Shown: one piece after another, positions 1 to 10,299 of the stretch
Numbering within the stretch: the first letter of the stretch is position 1
Layout: each line of letters starts with the position of its first letter
NCBI GenBank assembly: GCA_903901055.1
Contig: CAIUPO010000107.1
Location: forward strand, 12,707 to 76,706
Direction: 5' to 3'
DNA from: an uncultured Bacteroidota bacterium
GTDB lineage: Bacteria; Bacteroidota; Bacteroidia; JABEUT01
Length of the DNA stretch: 64,000 nt
Made by a program: the position numbers and the translations under genes
The notes under the pieces: generated by a model
Database searches by the model: none
What the model saw: only the letters and a program-made list of their open reading frames with translations
Told to the model about the DNA's origin: nothing

Positions 1-908
1 ATAATACAGGGGGCTTTTTCTTTTGCCTGGCGGAATAAATCACGAACACGAGATGCACCAACTCCTACAAACATTTCCACAAAATCGGAACCTGAAAGCG
101 AGAAGAACGGAACTTTAGCTTCACCAGCAACGGCCTTTGCCAGCAAGGTTTTTCCGGTTCCGGGAGGGCCTACAAGCAACGCACCTTTCGGAATTTTTGC
201 ACCAAGTGCAACATATTTCTGAGGGGTTTTTAGGAATTCTACAATCTCTTTTATTTCAACTTTGGCTTCTTCCAAACCCGCCACATCGTTGAAGGTAATA
301 TTTACATTGGTGTCTTTATCAAAGAGGGTGGCTTTTGATTTGCCAATGCTAAAAATCTGGTTGCCGCCACCGCCGCCAACACGCCGCATAAAGAACATGA
401 CGAGGAGCAGGAGCAAGCCCAAAGGCAATAAATATTGTACCCAGTTTGTCCAATCGTTACGATTTTCGGTCTCCATGGAAATATCGTTATCCGGATAGGT
501 TATTTTCGCATCCTTCAACTGAGTTAAAAAAGTCTGTTCACTCTGATTTTTGATAACGTATTGAGGACCTTGGGGGGGCAAGCCTTTAAATTCCGCTCTC
601 TTTAAAGCGGAGTCTTTGAGATAAATCTCAGCCATTTCATTGTTTACAATTACAATTTTGCTGGCGCTGTGCGTTTTTAATATCTTTCTAGAAAATTCAT
701 CAAAGCTGATCTGTTTAACAGGACTATTGAGGTTACCAATTACTCCACTCAGAATAATACCGACAAGGATTACGCCCCATACCCAGTAAAAATTGAATTT
801 GGGTTTAAATGGTTTGCCCGGAAGAGGTTTTTTTAACTTCTTCAGCGGGTTGTTGCTATTGTCAGCTGGTGGTGGTGTAGGCTGAGGTTTTTGTTCGTTT
901 TCGCTCAT
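1..908 (-). CDS. ftsH: ATP-dependent zinc metalloprotease FtsH (N-terminal part; C-terminus lies beyond the window start)
   Basis: Reverse-strand translation from ATG at 908 reads [14 protein letters not shown]... with TM segments, then the AAA+ Walker A motif [19 protein letters not shown] and [17 protein letters not shown]. The frame is open to position 1. Confidence 0.85.
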   Translation of the reverse strand, partial: MSENEQKPQPTPPPADNSNNPLKKLKKPLPGKPFKPKFNFYWVWGVILVGIILSGVIGNLNSPVKQISFDEFSRKILKTHSASKIVIVNNEMAEIYLKDSALKRAEFKGLPPQGPQYVIKNQSEQTFLTQLKDAKITYPDNDISMETENRNDWTNWVQYLLPLGLLLLLVMFFMRRVGGGGGNQIFSIGKSKATLFDKDTNVNITFNDVAGLEEAKVEIKEIVEFLKTPQKYVALGAKIPKGALLVGPPGTGKTLLAKAVAGEAKVPFFSLSGSDFVEMFVGVGASRVRDLFRQAKEKAPCI

Positions 909-911
909 TGT

Positions 912-1304
912 TTACATTCGTTTGTATTCCTGTTCAATCATAACTTCTTCCAGTTCGGCATCGCCCCAAAGCCCTTCGAGATTATAAAAAATCCTCACAT
1001 CGGGCTGAAAAATGTGTACTACCACATCCACATAGTCCTGCAGAATCCATTCTGCATTTTTATGTCCTTCGCTATGGTAAGCATAGTTGCCCGTTAACTT
1101 ATAAACCGCCTCTTCCACTGCTTTCGCTATCGCATTTACCTGTACAGATGAAGTGCCGTCGCAAATAACAAAAAAATCACAAATACTGTTAGAAACCTTT
1201 TCCATGTTCAGGCATACAATGTTAGTACCTTTTGTATCTGCCATGCCGCGTATAACAGCATCTTTCAATTGAACAGGGGTTATTTTTTTACCCTTTTTGC
1301 GCAT
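912..1304 (-). CDS. rsfS: ribosomal silencing factor RsfS (Iojap family)
   Basis: 130-aa ORF. The translation ...VVVHIFQPDVRIFYNLEGLWGDAE... is typical of RsfS. It sits immediately upstream of ftsH on the same strand. Confidence 0.8.
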   Translation of the reverse strand: MRKKGKKITPVQLKDAVIRGMADTKGTNIVCLNMEKVSNSICDFFVICDGTSSVQVNAIAKAVEEAVYKLTGNYAYHSEGHKNAEWILQDYVDVVVHIFQPDVRIFYNLEGLWGDAELEEVMIEQEYKRM

Positions 1305-1396
1305 TCGTTCTCTCCGGTTCCGTTTGTGATTTTACCTTTGTTTTTTTATGACTATAGTATGATTCAACTGCAAAGTTATTAATTTTATCCTTCAAA

Positions 1397-2173
1397 ATGA
1401 GGCTACATACTTTATTCATAGGGCATCCAATCAAAATATTAGAACGGGTAAATTCTACCAGCAGTTTTGCTTTTGAGGTCATTAAAGAGTCTGCTCCGGC
1501 CGAAGGGTATGTGGTTTGGGCTAAGGAGCAGTTTGCCGGGCGCGGTCAACGGGGTACTGTGTGGAGCAGTGAACCTGCTGCCAATCTTACCTTTTCCGTA
1601 ATTCTGCGCCCACATTTCCTCCAAATAAGTGATCAGTTTCAGCTTACTAAAGCTATTGCGTTGGGTATTGCCGGGTTTGTTTCTCATTGTATTGATAATT
1701 ATGCTGACGTTAAAATTAAATGGCCAAATGATATTTATGTTAAAAATTGCAAAATCGCGGGTATCCTCATTGAAAACATACTGGAGCAATCTACCATCAA
1801 ATATTCGGTAGTGGGCATAGGGTTGAATGTTAGCCAATTGGTTTTCGATCCTTCTGTACCTAATCCCATATCCTTAAAAGCCATTACGGGCAAGGATTTT
1901 ACTCCGGAGGATTGTTTATTGCAACTTTGTTCTTTCATTGAGAAGAATTACCTGGAATTACGTTCAGGCAACCATGTGCAATTAGACGCAGCATACCATA
2001 ATTTACTTTACAGGCGTGGGGTTGAAGGCAACTATAGGTTGAACGGCGAACAGATTAATGGCGAAATAGAAGGTGTTAATGCTTCCGGGCATTTGATTTT
2101 GAAAAGGAAGGCAATTAACAATTCGTATGATATAATACAGGTTTCCGATATCAAGCAATTGGTATTTTTGTGA
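1397..2173 (+). CDS. birA: biotin--[acetyl-CoA-carboxylase] ligase (group I, no N-terminal HTH)
   Basis: 258 aa. GRGQRGTVWSS and KWPNDIY motifs of the BPL/LPL catalytic domain. No DNA-binding domain. Confidence 0.75.
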   Translation: MRLHTLFIGHPIKILERVNSTSSFAFEVIKESAPAEGYVVWAKEQFAGRGQRGTVWSSEPAANLTFSVILRPHFLQISDQFQLTKAIALGIAGFVSHCIDNYADVKIKWPNDIYVKNCKIAGILIENILEQSTIKYSVVGIGLNVSQLVFDPSVPNPISLKAITGKDFTPEDCLLQLCSFIEKNYLELRSGNHVQLDAAYHNLLYRRGVEGNYRLNGEQINGEIEGVNASGHLILKRKAINNSYDIIQVSDIKQLVFL

Positions 2174-2239
2174 CAAATTATACGGATATTTGCCCACTCT
2201 AAAAAAGTGTAGTATATTGCACGCTAATTACAGGCTCAA

Positions 2240-2590
2240 ATGACATTTAATTACAGCACATCACAGCAAGAAGGAATCACCATTTTTACTTTGGAAGGTG
2301 AGATTATTGATAAGAATCAGGCTACCGCACTTATGGAGCAAATTTCAAATTTGATTGCGAAGGGCAAGAATCATATTGTTTTAGAACTTTCGGGATTAAG
2401 ATATATGAACAGCAGCGGGCTGAACGTATTGGTGAACATACTTACCAAAGCACGCAATGCGGGCGGCGATGTAACGGTTTGCAGCCTTTCTAAAAAAGTG
2501 GAGGAGTTATTGGTGGTTACCAAACTTGATACCATTTTTAAAATTCTTCCTTCCGTAAAAGAAGCTGTTGAGAAGCTTAAAGTGAAATAA
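2240..2590 (+). CDS. STAS-domain anti-sigma-factor antagonist
   Basis: 116 aa. ELSGLRYMNSSGLNVLVN pattern of SpoIIAA-like STAS proteins. Confidence 0.7.
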   Translation: MTFNYSTSQQEGITIFTLEGEIIDKNQATALMEQISNLIAKGKNHIVLELSGLRYMNSSGLNVLVNILTKARNAGGDVTVCSLSKKVEELLVVTKLDTIFKILPSVKEAVEKLKVK

Positions 2591-2628
2591 GCATTTTTTA
2601 TTAAATCTGAGCAATATTTTTTTCAATT

Positions 2629-3903
2629 ATGAAAGTTGACATTTTATTGGGTTTGCAATGGGGCGATGAGGGCAAAGGCAAAGTAGTGGACGTGCTTGCA
2701 CCCAAATACGATATTGTTGCCCGTTTTCAGGGCGGACCCAATGCTGGGCATACGCTTGAAATAGGCACGGTTAAATACGTTCTTCATACAATACCTTCAG
2801 GGGTTTTTAATGAAAACATTCTGAATGTAATTGGCAATGGTGTGGTGATAGACCCTATTAGTTTCCTGGAAGAAGTAAGAGGGATTGAAGCACTTGGAAT
2901 TGAAATTTGCAAAAGGCTTGTAATCTCTACCCGCGCACATTTAATATTGCCTACCCACCGTTTACTTGATGCTTCATCCGAAGCTTCGAAGGGCAAGGAG
3001 AAAATCGGTTCTACGTTAAAAGGAATTGGCCCGGCATATATGGATAAAACAGGAAGAAACGGTTTACGCATCGGCGATATACTTGAACCCGACTTCAATA
3101 AACGATATGGATTTTTGGTGGAGAAACATAAACAGATTCTTGCTGCTGCAACAGGCTTTACTTATGACCATGCCAAACTTGCAGAAGATGAAAAGAAGTG
3201 GATGAACTGTATTGATTTTATCCGATCGCTTAAATGTACCGATACAGAATATTTACTCAATGATGCACTAAAAGCAGGCAAAAAAATTCTTGCTGAGGGT
3301 GCACAAGGCTCCTTGTTAGATATTGATTTCGGTTCTTATCCTTTTGTTACTTCTTCATCCACAACTTGTGCCGGAGCATGCATCGGGCTTGGTATAGCAC
3401 CTTCTACAATTGGTAGTGTAGTGGGAGTATTTAAAGCATACTGCACCCGGGTTGGTTCAGGCCCATTCCCAACAGAACAATTGAATGAGTTTGGAGATAA
3501 AATGTGTACCATTGGGCGCGAATTTGGCTCTACAACCGGAAGAAGAAGAAGATGCGGATGGCTGGATATTCCTACACTGAAGCGTGCAATTATATTAAAT
3601 GGGGTTACTTGCCTTAATATGATGAAAACCGATGTGCTGAATGATTTTGATGAGATACAAGTCTGCACACATTATGTAATTGGAGACAAGCAAACTGACC
3701 AGGTACCTTATGATTTGGGCTCAGCAAATATTAAGCCTATATACCGAACTTTTAAAGGCTGGGGCCAGATAAACGACATCAGTTCATGCGACAAATTACC
3801 TGAGGAACTTAAAACATATATTGCATTTATTGAAGAATCTGTAGGGGTGCCCATAAAACTTATTTCTATGGGTCCTGAGCGAAACCAGACGCTCACCAGG
3901 TGA
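2629..3903 (+). CDS. purA: adenylosuccinate synthetase
   Basis: 424 aa. N-terminal GDEGKGK P-loop, GGPNAGHT and GIGPAY motifs. Confidence 0.9.
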   Translation: MKVDILLGLQWGDEGKGKVVDVLAPKYDIVARFQGGPNAGHTLEIGTVKYVLHTIPSGVFNENILNVIGNGVVIDPISFLEEVRGIEALGIEICKRLVISTRAHLILPTHRLLDASSEASKGKEKIGSTLKGIGPAYMDKTGRNGLRIGDILEPDFNKRYGFLVEKHKQILAAATGFTYDHAKLAEDEKKWMNCIDFIRSLKCTDTEYLLNDALKAGKKILAEGAQGSLLDIDFGSYPFVTSSSTTCAGACIGLGIAPSTIGSVVGVFKAYCTRVGSGPFPTEQLNEFGDKMCTIGREFGSTTGRRRRCGWLDIPTLKRAIILNGVTCLNMMKTDVLNDFDEIQVCTHYVIGDKQTDQVPYDLGSANIKPIYRTFKGWGQINDISSCDKLPEELKTYIAFIEESVGVPIKLISMGPERNQTLTR

Positions 3904-3913
3904 TCTGCACCAG

Positions 3914-5650
3914 ATGAAAGCTGAAAATAAATCTATTGTTTTTAAAAGGAAGTGGGGATTTATCTCTTTGTTATTTTTATTCGCATGCCAAGTATTTGCA
4001 CAAAACAAAGTCGTTAAGGGAACTCAGGACAATCATTCGCAAGTTACCGTAGGTAAACACACTATTCAAATTGTTCATGCAAACAGTGGCGAGTATGATA
4101 AACGACTTGGAGAAGGTGCACAACGACTGATTGGCAATGTAGAGCTTGCAGACGACAGTACTTCATTATTTTCCGACAGTGCATATTCTTATCCCGATAA
4201 TTCATTCAGAGCATTCGGCCATGTACACATGAGCCGCAAAGACACAATGGATCTTTATGGGGATTCATTACACTATAATGGAGTCACACGCATTGCAGAA
4301 ATTTATGGCAAAGAAATTCGTTGCCTAAGGAAGAGAATGACATTAACAACTAAACACCTTAGATACGACATTGGCGTTCACATGGTAAACTATTGGGATG
4401 GCGGAACAATTGTTGACAGCAACAATACGCTTACAAGCATGCTGGGTATTTACAATACAAAACTGAAAATGTGTTTTTTTAAGGAGCATGTTGTTCTTGT
4501 CAATCCGAAGTATGTTATCCGCTGCGATACCATGATGTATGCGCCCGACAAGCGTACTGCTTTTTTTATTGGACCTACACGCATTACAAGCAAAGACAAT
4601 TTTATGTATTGTGAAAAAGGATATTACAATACAGCTAAGAATTATTGCCAGTTCTGGCAAAATCCGTATATCAAAAATAAGAAGGGCGACAGCCTGAGAG
4701 GGGAGCAGATATATTACAACAGGAACCTGGATTACGGGCAAATACTTGATAATGTTGCACTGGTGGATACTACTGATAATATTATCCTGAAGGGTGATTA
4801 TGCTGAATACGACGGTAAGTCTGAAACTATGCTTGCAACCTGTAAAGCTTTGTTGTTGCAGGTTTACAACAAAGATACCCTGCATCTGCATGGAGATACT
4901 TTATATGGGAAAAATATTTCGATGACTGACACCAATAAGAAAGGGAAGCCGAAACTCATGCTGGCTTTTCATCATGTAAAGTTTTTCAAAAAGGATTTGC
5001 AGGGTAAATGTGATTCACTAACATACGATGAACAAGATTCTATAATGCGGATGTTTTACAATCCTATTATTTGGTCGGATGTGAACCAGCTTACGGCAGA
5101 TACAATGCGCCTGCACATGCGGAACAAAAAGATGGATGTACTCGATATGCGTAACCATTCATTTATTGCATCAAAAGATACACTGGCAGGGAAAATTGTT
5201 GAAGAGGATTCGGCAATTACTGCTTCAACTAAAAAGGATTCACTGGCAAAGGACAGTTCTAAAACCCATCATGACTCTTTGTTGGTTCATAAAAATATTC
5301 ATGGTAGCGATACTATGCAATTCAACCAAATTAAGGGCCGCAATATGAAAGGATATTTTAAAGACAATAAGATTTACAAAGTACATGTGATGGGTAATGC
5401 TCAGACTATTTACTATGTTTATTCAGATAATAACACTAGTATAATTGGCGCTAACAGAGCCGATTGCAGCAACATGATTATTTACATAGTTGACAATAAA
5501 GTTAAAAGCCTTACATTTTTAGATAAGCCCGATGCTACTTTGTTCCCTATGAAAGAGGTGAAGCAGGCGGAATTTCTGCTTGGCGGATTTCAATGGCATG
5601 GTAAGGAAAGGCCGACAACCATTGCCGATATTTTCAGAATAGACAATTAA
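3914..5650 (+). CDS. OstA-like (LptA-fold) N-terminal domain protein, secreted
   Basis: 578 aa with a signal peptide and repeated G-D-x-hydrophobic beta-strand pattern, like Bacteroidota OstA-like_N proteins. Confidence 0.45.
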   Translation: MKAENKSIVFKRKWGFISLLFLFACQVFAQNKVVKGTQDNHSQVTVGKHTIQIVHANSGEYDKRLGEGAQRLIGNVELADDSTSLFSDSAYSYPDNSFRAFGHVHMSRKDTMDLYGDSLHYNGVTRIAEIYGKEIRCLRKRMTLTTKHLRYDIGVHMVNYWDGGTIVDSNNTLTSMLGIYNTKLKMCFFKEHVVLVNPKYVIRCDTMMYAPDKRTAFFIGPTRITSKDNFMYCEKGYYNTAKNYCQFWQNPYIKNKKGDSLRGEQIYYNRNLDYGQILDNVALVDTTDNIILKGDYAEYDGKSETMLATCKALLLQVYNKDTLHLHGDTLYGKNISMTDTNKKGKPKLMLAFHHVKFFKKDLQGKCDSLTYDEQDSIMRMFYNPIIWSDVNQLTADTMRLHMRNKKMDVLDMRNHSFIASKDTLAGKIVEEDSAITASTKKDSLAKDSSKTHHDSLLVHKNIHGSDTMQFNQIKGRNMKGYFKDNKIYKVHVMGNAQTIYYVYSDNNTSIIGANRADCSNMIIYIVDNKVKSLTFLDKPDATLFPMKEVKQAEFLLGGFQWHGKERPTTIADIFRIDN

Positions 5651-5857
5651 TTATTTCCGGCTCATTACAATGGAAAAGAGTACGGCAAATACAATTATTA
5701 TCCCGACAAATATTTTCCAGGTGCCTTTAAAATAAGCAGAATCACGCTTAAAATCCTGTTTGTAAAGGAATATCATTACAACTCCAAAAACGGCTGCGAA
5801 TATCAGGAAAAACAAAGCCTGTCCTTTTGTAATTAATTCCCCTTCCAGAAGTATCAT
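5651..5857 (-). CDS. small two-TM membrane protein (hypothetical)
   Basis: 68 aa with two hydrophobic helices. It abuts the stop of the upstream gene. Confidence 0.3.
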   Translation of the reverse strand: MILLEGELITKGQALFFLIFAAVFGVVMIFLYKQDFKRDSAYFKGTWKIFVGIIIVFAVLFSIVMSRK

Positions 5858-5930
5858 AATGTAGTTTTGAACTTCAAAGTTATATCTAAATAGATTAGGT
5901 CATACCCTTGCAGGTGAAAATTAATTTATC

Positions 5931-6485
5931 TTGTATCTTCGTAAAAAAATCCCAATGAAAATAAGGAAATACCAACCGCAACATTCAGCAATACAGGGTG
6001 AAGAAATTATTCTTGCTGGTTTTTGGCCAAGAGTGGGAGCTATAATGATAGATCTCGGAATTATAGGTATTCTACTTGATTGGGCAGTGCATTTGGTTAC
6101 CTATTTAGGGTTGAACCTTACACATGCATCCATGCACAATTTCCATGTGGTAGTTAAGGCGGAGGGAATGGACGAAAGCCTTCTAGACTTGATTGAATTG
6201 GGGTTCACACTAATTCCCATCTTATATTTTGCATTGTTCATGTATTTCACAAATGGCAAAACAATCGGGAAATATATTACACGCATCAGGGTTGTAGCAA
6301 TCTATCATCACCGGATTGGCCTCTGGCATTGTATCGAACGGGCACTGGGGTATGCCGCATCAACGCTCGAAGCCGGACTGGGCTTTCTTCAAATATTCTG
6401 GAACCCAAACCGCATGTGCCTGCACGACAGGATTGCGGAGACTATTGTGGTAAAGGAAAAAAAGAAGGAGAAAAAGAAAAATTAA
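5931..6485 (+). CDS. RDD-family membrane protein
   Basis: WPRVGAIMIDLGIIG ... LHDRIAETIVV matches the R...D...D pattern and topology of the RDD family. C-terminal Lys/Glu tail. Confidence 0.5.
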   Translation: MYLRKKIPMKIRKYQPQHSAIQGEEIILAGFWPRVGAIMIDLGIIGILLDWAVHLVTYLGLNLTHASMHNFHVVVKAEGMDESLLDLIELGFTLIPILYFALFMYFTNGKTIGKYITRIRVVAIYHHRIGLWHCIERALGYAASTLEAGLGFLQIFWNPNRMCLHDRIAETIVVKEKKKEKKKN

Positions 6486-6567
6486 CCCTCCTGTAACTTT
6501 TTGTAACCTTCCCCCGTCTTATGCAAAAGACCTAACTTAGATTTGATTCAGGACTATAAGAAACGGC

Positions 6568-7053
6568 ATGACTATTGAGGAATTTAATACTTGTGTAGAT
6601 ATGTATGCGGACAACCTTTATCGGTTCATCCTTAAAAACGTGAAGGATGTCGATAAGGCTAAGGATATTGTGCAGGATACGTATGAAAAGTTGTGGTTAA
6701 AAGTGAGCGATGTGCAAAGTACCAATGCAAAAAGCTACATGTTCACAACGGCCTACCGTACAATGATAGATAAATTCAGAAGTGAAAGCAAACAGGAAAG
6801 ATTGGAAGATTCGCATTTATATTCTCATAGCCATACAAGGCAGTATAGCGACCTGAAGGAAATATTGAATGAAGCGGTGAGTAAGTTGCCAGAGATACAA
6901 CGTTCTGTTATTATGTTGCGGGACTATGAAGGATATGATTACAGAGAGATTGGAGAAATAACCGGATTGCACGAATCGCAAGTGAAGGTATATATTTTCA
7001 GGGCAAGGAAATTTTTGAAAACGTACATAGGCTCAATGGAGGCTGTGGTATAA
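6568..7053 (+). CDS. ECF (sigma-70 family) RNA polymerase sigma factor
   Basis: 161 aa. Region 2 (DIVQDTYEKLW) and region 4 (YEGYDYREIGEITGLHESQVKVYIFRARKFLK) signatures. Confidence 0.8.
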   Translation: MTIEEFNTCVDMYADNLYRFILKNVKDVDKAKDIVQDTYEKLWLKVSDVQSTNAKSYMFTTAYRTMIDKFRSESKQERLEDSHLYSHSHTRQYSDLKEILNEAVSKLPEIQRSVIMLRDYEGYDYREIGEITGLHESQVKVYIFRARKFLKTYIGSMEAVV

Positions 7054-7061
7054 AAAGAAAC

Positions 7062-8141
7062 ATGAACATCAACTTAAATAACTACGAGGCATATTTTTTA
7101 GACTACCATGAAGGTAGCCTCTCTCCTGCTTTGGTAAAGGAGTTGATGGAGTTTGTAGCCCAGCATCCTGAATTGAAAGAAGAGTTGGAAAGCTTTGAAC
7201 CGATTATACTTAAAGACGCGGAAGGGATTGAATTTAATGGAAAAGAAGATCTGAAAAAAGATTTAAAAGGAATCAACGCAACCAATTTCGAGGAATCTGC
7301 AATAGATTACGTGGAAGGAAATTTAACCCCTGAACTGCAAAAAGAATTAAATACTTTCATCCTTCAAAACCCGCATTACAAAAGTGAACTGGAGTTATTT
7401 ACCAAAACGAAATTAATTGCTGATACCAATATTATTTTTGAAGATAAATTCCTTCTTAAGAAAGGCAGAAGGAAGCCTGAAGCATATTTTTATTGGTCGG
7501 CTGCGGCTTCCATTGCAATAATTATTGTTTCCTATTTTCTGCTTCATAAAAATCCAACTCCGGATGGAAATATCATTACAAAACAGAATCAGCAAAAAGA
7601 TAGTAATGTAGTTGTGAAGCATACGAATAAATTGATTGATACTGGAAATTCTACCCCGAAGGTATTACCAAATCACACTACTGATAATTCCGTGAAAGAT
7701 AATCAGGTGGCGGCCTCTAAGAATTCAGACAAGCATAAACATAGAAGTAACCCACTAAATAAAAATGGAAATTCAAGTTCGGTGGCTAGTAGAAATAGAA
7801 AGGCAAACAAACTACATAGTTTACCAGCCCCAACTCAAAAAGATATTCCTGCTGAACCGGAAAACGAACTTGTTGCTTTTAATGGAAATTTATATGACAC
7901 ATCTATGTTCATTACCAATACTCCCTCTGCAAAGGAATATATGATTATTGAGCCTGAACAAAAGGAAAAGAAGAAAAATAAATTCCTTGTAATGCTTGCC
8001 ACCATTACATGTAAAGGGCTACATACAATTACGGGGCAACATATTGAATTCGAGAAAAAATATGATTCCGACACTACCAATATTGTAGCCTACCAGCTTG
8101 ACCTTGGAAATAAAAAATATGAATTTCCGGTAAAAGAATAA
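7062..8141 (+). CDS. putative anti-sigma factor (single-pass membrane protein with internally duplicated N-terminal motif)
   Basis: The start is 9 nt after the sigma gene. The cytoplasmic N-terminus carries two copies of Y..(H/V)EG.L(S/T)P.L.KEL..F..Q.P....EL. One TM helix follows, then a low-complexity extracytoplasmic region. Confidence 0.5.
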   Translation: MNINLNNYEAYFLDYHEGSLSPALVKELMEFVAQHPELKEELESFEPIILKDAEGIEFNGKEDLKKDLKGINATNFEESAIDYVEGNLTPELQKELNTFILQNPHYKSELELFTKTKLIADTNIIFEDKFLLKKGRRKPEAYFYWSAAASIAIIIVSYFLLHKNPTPDGNIITKQNQQKDSNVVVKHTNKLIDTGNSTPKVLPNHTTDNSVKDNQVAASKNSDKHKHRSNPLNKNGNSSSVASRNRKANKLHSLPAPTQKDIPAEPENELVAFNGNLYDTSMFITNTPSAKEYMIIEPEQKEKKKNKFLVMLATITCKGLHTITGQHIEFEKKYDSDTTNIVAYQLDLGNKKYEFPVKE

Positions 8142-8207
8142 CAGGTACTGTAACATTTTAAAAAGGCAATGCGTCTTACTTCAAATTAAACAAAACTAAT
8201 TATCATC

Positions 8208-9533
8208 ATGAAAAGAATAATCTGTCTTGCCGCATCAGTAGCATTCATTGTGAATGTTGAAGCACAATATAAAATCAAAAAAAGCCAGCCCGATTTTACG
8301 GAAATAGAACTCAGTGGTGCTTCCAGGGTAACCATTATTCAGTCAGACAGTAATTATATTGTAACCCATTCAAAAGACTCTGCAGTTAAAAATTTTCATG
8401 CAAATGTTAAAGCCGGAGTGCTTTATATTACCTCGGGTTTCAATGGAGAGGTGCATGCCAGAAATCTTACTGCAATCAGCGTATCGGACGCTTCACGAGT
8501 AACATCAAAAGATACTTTGATATATGAAAAGTTGACTTTAAAAGCTTCAGATGCGGGAAGGATAGAAATTCTTGTCAGGAATAATACCCTGGTGGCACAT
8601 GCTTCCGATGCAGGCTGTATTATCGTTTCAGGTAGAACAGATTTGCTGGCCGCCAAAATTTCTGACGCGTCACGTTTAAAGGCGTTCGGGTTGAAAGCTT
8701 CAACCGTAAAGGCAATTGCCGCTGATGGTTCTTCTGCGGATGTGTGGGCTGTTAGCGCCATTGATGCAAATGCTTCGGATGGAAGCAATATTCACATAAA
8801 GGGAAATCCGTCTCAAAAGAATACCTCTGCTACTGACGGAAGCTCGATAACCATGGATGACTCGGGAGAAGAAACGACGCGTGAAAGCGGTAGGCATTCG
8901 ATGGGATCAACCATTGATATTGATACAATTTTTGGAAGGAGCAGTTATAACCCTTATATGGGTGATGCATTTATAGGATTCGGGTTTGTAACCGGAGGAA
9001 ATAAAGGAGCAGCTATAAATTATGGTGCCTCCCGCGAGTTTATTGTGGGCTTTGGTGGTGGACATAAATTCTGCCCATGGAATGGCCTGGGCTTTGATGT
9101 ATATTATAAATCCACCGGATTTTATCTTGCACAAAATGCTGGAAAAGTATTTCCTGATACGTTAAAACACGATGCTCAAAAAGTGAGTTTGCAAAATTTT
9201 GGCGGTTTACTTTATGACCGCTTCATCTTTAGTAATGGCTACCATGGCCAAATTGCATTGGATCTGGGTATATACGGCGATTGGACTTTTAATACACGTG
9301 AAGTTTCATGGGATAATAACAATGATATTAAAACTATAAATAGGAATCTTTCATTTTTTAATCATTATAATTATGGTGTAACAGCCAGATTCATTTTCTT
9401 ACGTCAGCTTTCAGTTTATTGTAACTACCGTCTTTCCAATGTTTTTAAATCAAGTGTAACTTCTGCTCAATATGGCCCAACTCTTCCCGCTTTAGTATTC
9501 GGAATCACCTTTGGGTTGGATGTAAATAAATAG
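8208..9533 (+). CDS. secreted protein: DUF2807/GIN-head-like repeat domain fused to a C-terminal outer-membrane beta-barrel-like domain
   Basis: Signal peptide. Repeated (A/I)SDAS/ASDAG strand motifs (DUF2807/DUF4097-type). The C-terminal half is rich in aromatics and Gly with alternating hydrophobic residues, ending ...FGITFGLDVNK. Confidence 0.45.
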   Translation: MKRIICLAASVAFIVNVEAQYKIKKSQPDFTEIELSGASRVTIIQSDSNYIVTHSKDSAVKNFHANVKAGVLYITSGFNGEVHARNLTAISVSDASRVTSKDTLIYEKLTLKASDAGRIEILVRNNTLVAHASDAGCIIVSGRTDLLAAKISDASRLKAFGLKASTVKAIAADGSSADVWAVSAIDANASDGSNIHIKGNPSQKNTSATDGSSITMDDSGEETTRESGRHSMGSTIDIDTIFGRSSYNPYMGDAFIGFGFVTGGNKGAAINYGASREFIVGFGGGHKFCPWNGLGFDVYYKSTGFYLAQNAGKVFPDTLKHDAQKVSLQNFGGLLYDRFIFSNGYHGQIALDLGIYGDWTFNTREVSWDNNNDIKTINRNLSFFNHYNYGVTARFIFLRQLSVYCNYRLSNVFKSSVTSAQYGPTLPALVFGITFGLDVNK

Positions 9534-9572
9534 ATACTCGTTGGAGGATAGTGTTTCCTGGTACACTGAATC

Positions 9573-9608
9573 GGCCTGCTTACAGCAATGTTGGCAGGCT
9601 TTTTAATT
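9573..9608. terminator. putative bidirectional terminator hairpin between convergent genes
   Basis: GGCCTGC ...14 nt... GCAGGC followed by TTTTTAATT. Confidence 0.35.
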
Positions 9609-10299
9609 AAGGTTTCTTTGCAATAATACCATCACCTTCAACAGTATAATATTCTGTGTGGAGGCTGTTACGCAGTGAAATATACTCGCGGTAAAGAGCG
9701 TTATAAGCAATACGCGCGTCCAATGTTTCATCATATCGTCCGGTAAGGCCAATGAGCATTTCCATTATTTCCCTCAGTGCATGATTGCTGCTATCGCAAG
9801 CCGTGAGATAATCCATTAATTGACGGTCTTCTGCATACTTTATCACCAATGGATTTGCAGGCCGTGAAATCATCATCCTCACTCCAACTTTTGCCGCAAC
9901 ATCTAAATCTAAAATATCGTCAAAAACAAAAAGTACTTCATCGGGTTGAAGGCTGTATTTCTTACATACATGCTCAAGAGCAGTGCTTTTATGTTTGATT
10001 TTATAATATACAAAATCCATGTGTTCCCTGTCGGAAAACGAGTGTGATGCGGAATTCCTTTCTCCGGTAATAATTCCGAAAATAGGCATCGAGCCCTTAC
10101 GCTGGTAGTGATTGAAGCGGAGCATATTTATGCCCATGGCATCAATCTCATTAAAGAGGCTGGTGTTGCGTTCGTCTTTTTGGCCGTTATTAAAAACTCC
10201 ATCCCAGTCGAAAATATAGGCTTTTACTTTGTCGAGTTTAGCCAGTATCTTCGCGGGCGGGATAAGGAATTTTCCTTTAAATAATTTTTCTATTTCCAT
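9607..10299 (-). CDS. HAD-superfamily phosphatase, KdsC (Kdo-8-phosphate phosphatase)-like
   Basis: DWDGV motif I and FDDILD motif of YrbI/KdsC-type HAD enzymes, with extra terminal extensions. It overlaps the upstream KdsD-like gene by one codon. Confidence 0.55.
   Translation of the reverse strand: MEIEKLFKGKFLIPPAKILAKLDKVKAYIFDWDGVFNNGQKDERNTSLFNEIDAMGINMLRFNHYQRKGSMPIFGIITGERNSASHSFSDREHMDFVYYKIKHKSTALEHVCKKYSLQPDEVLFVFDDILDLDVAAKVGVRMMISRPANPLVIKYAEDRQLMDYLTACDSSNHALREIMEMLIGLTGRYDETLDARIAYNALYREYISLRNSLHTEYYTVEGDGIIAKKP

Noticed and set aside
262-498. 78-aa plus-strand ORF
   Set aside because: It lies entirely inside the minus-strand ftsH coding region, whose translation shows clear AAA+ motifs. 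It is an antisense artefact.
4343-4891. 182-aa minus-strand ORF
   Set aside because: It is antisense within the OstA-like gene. The plus-strand frame has the better coding signal: a signal peptide and a repeated beta-strand pattern.
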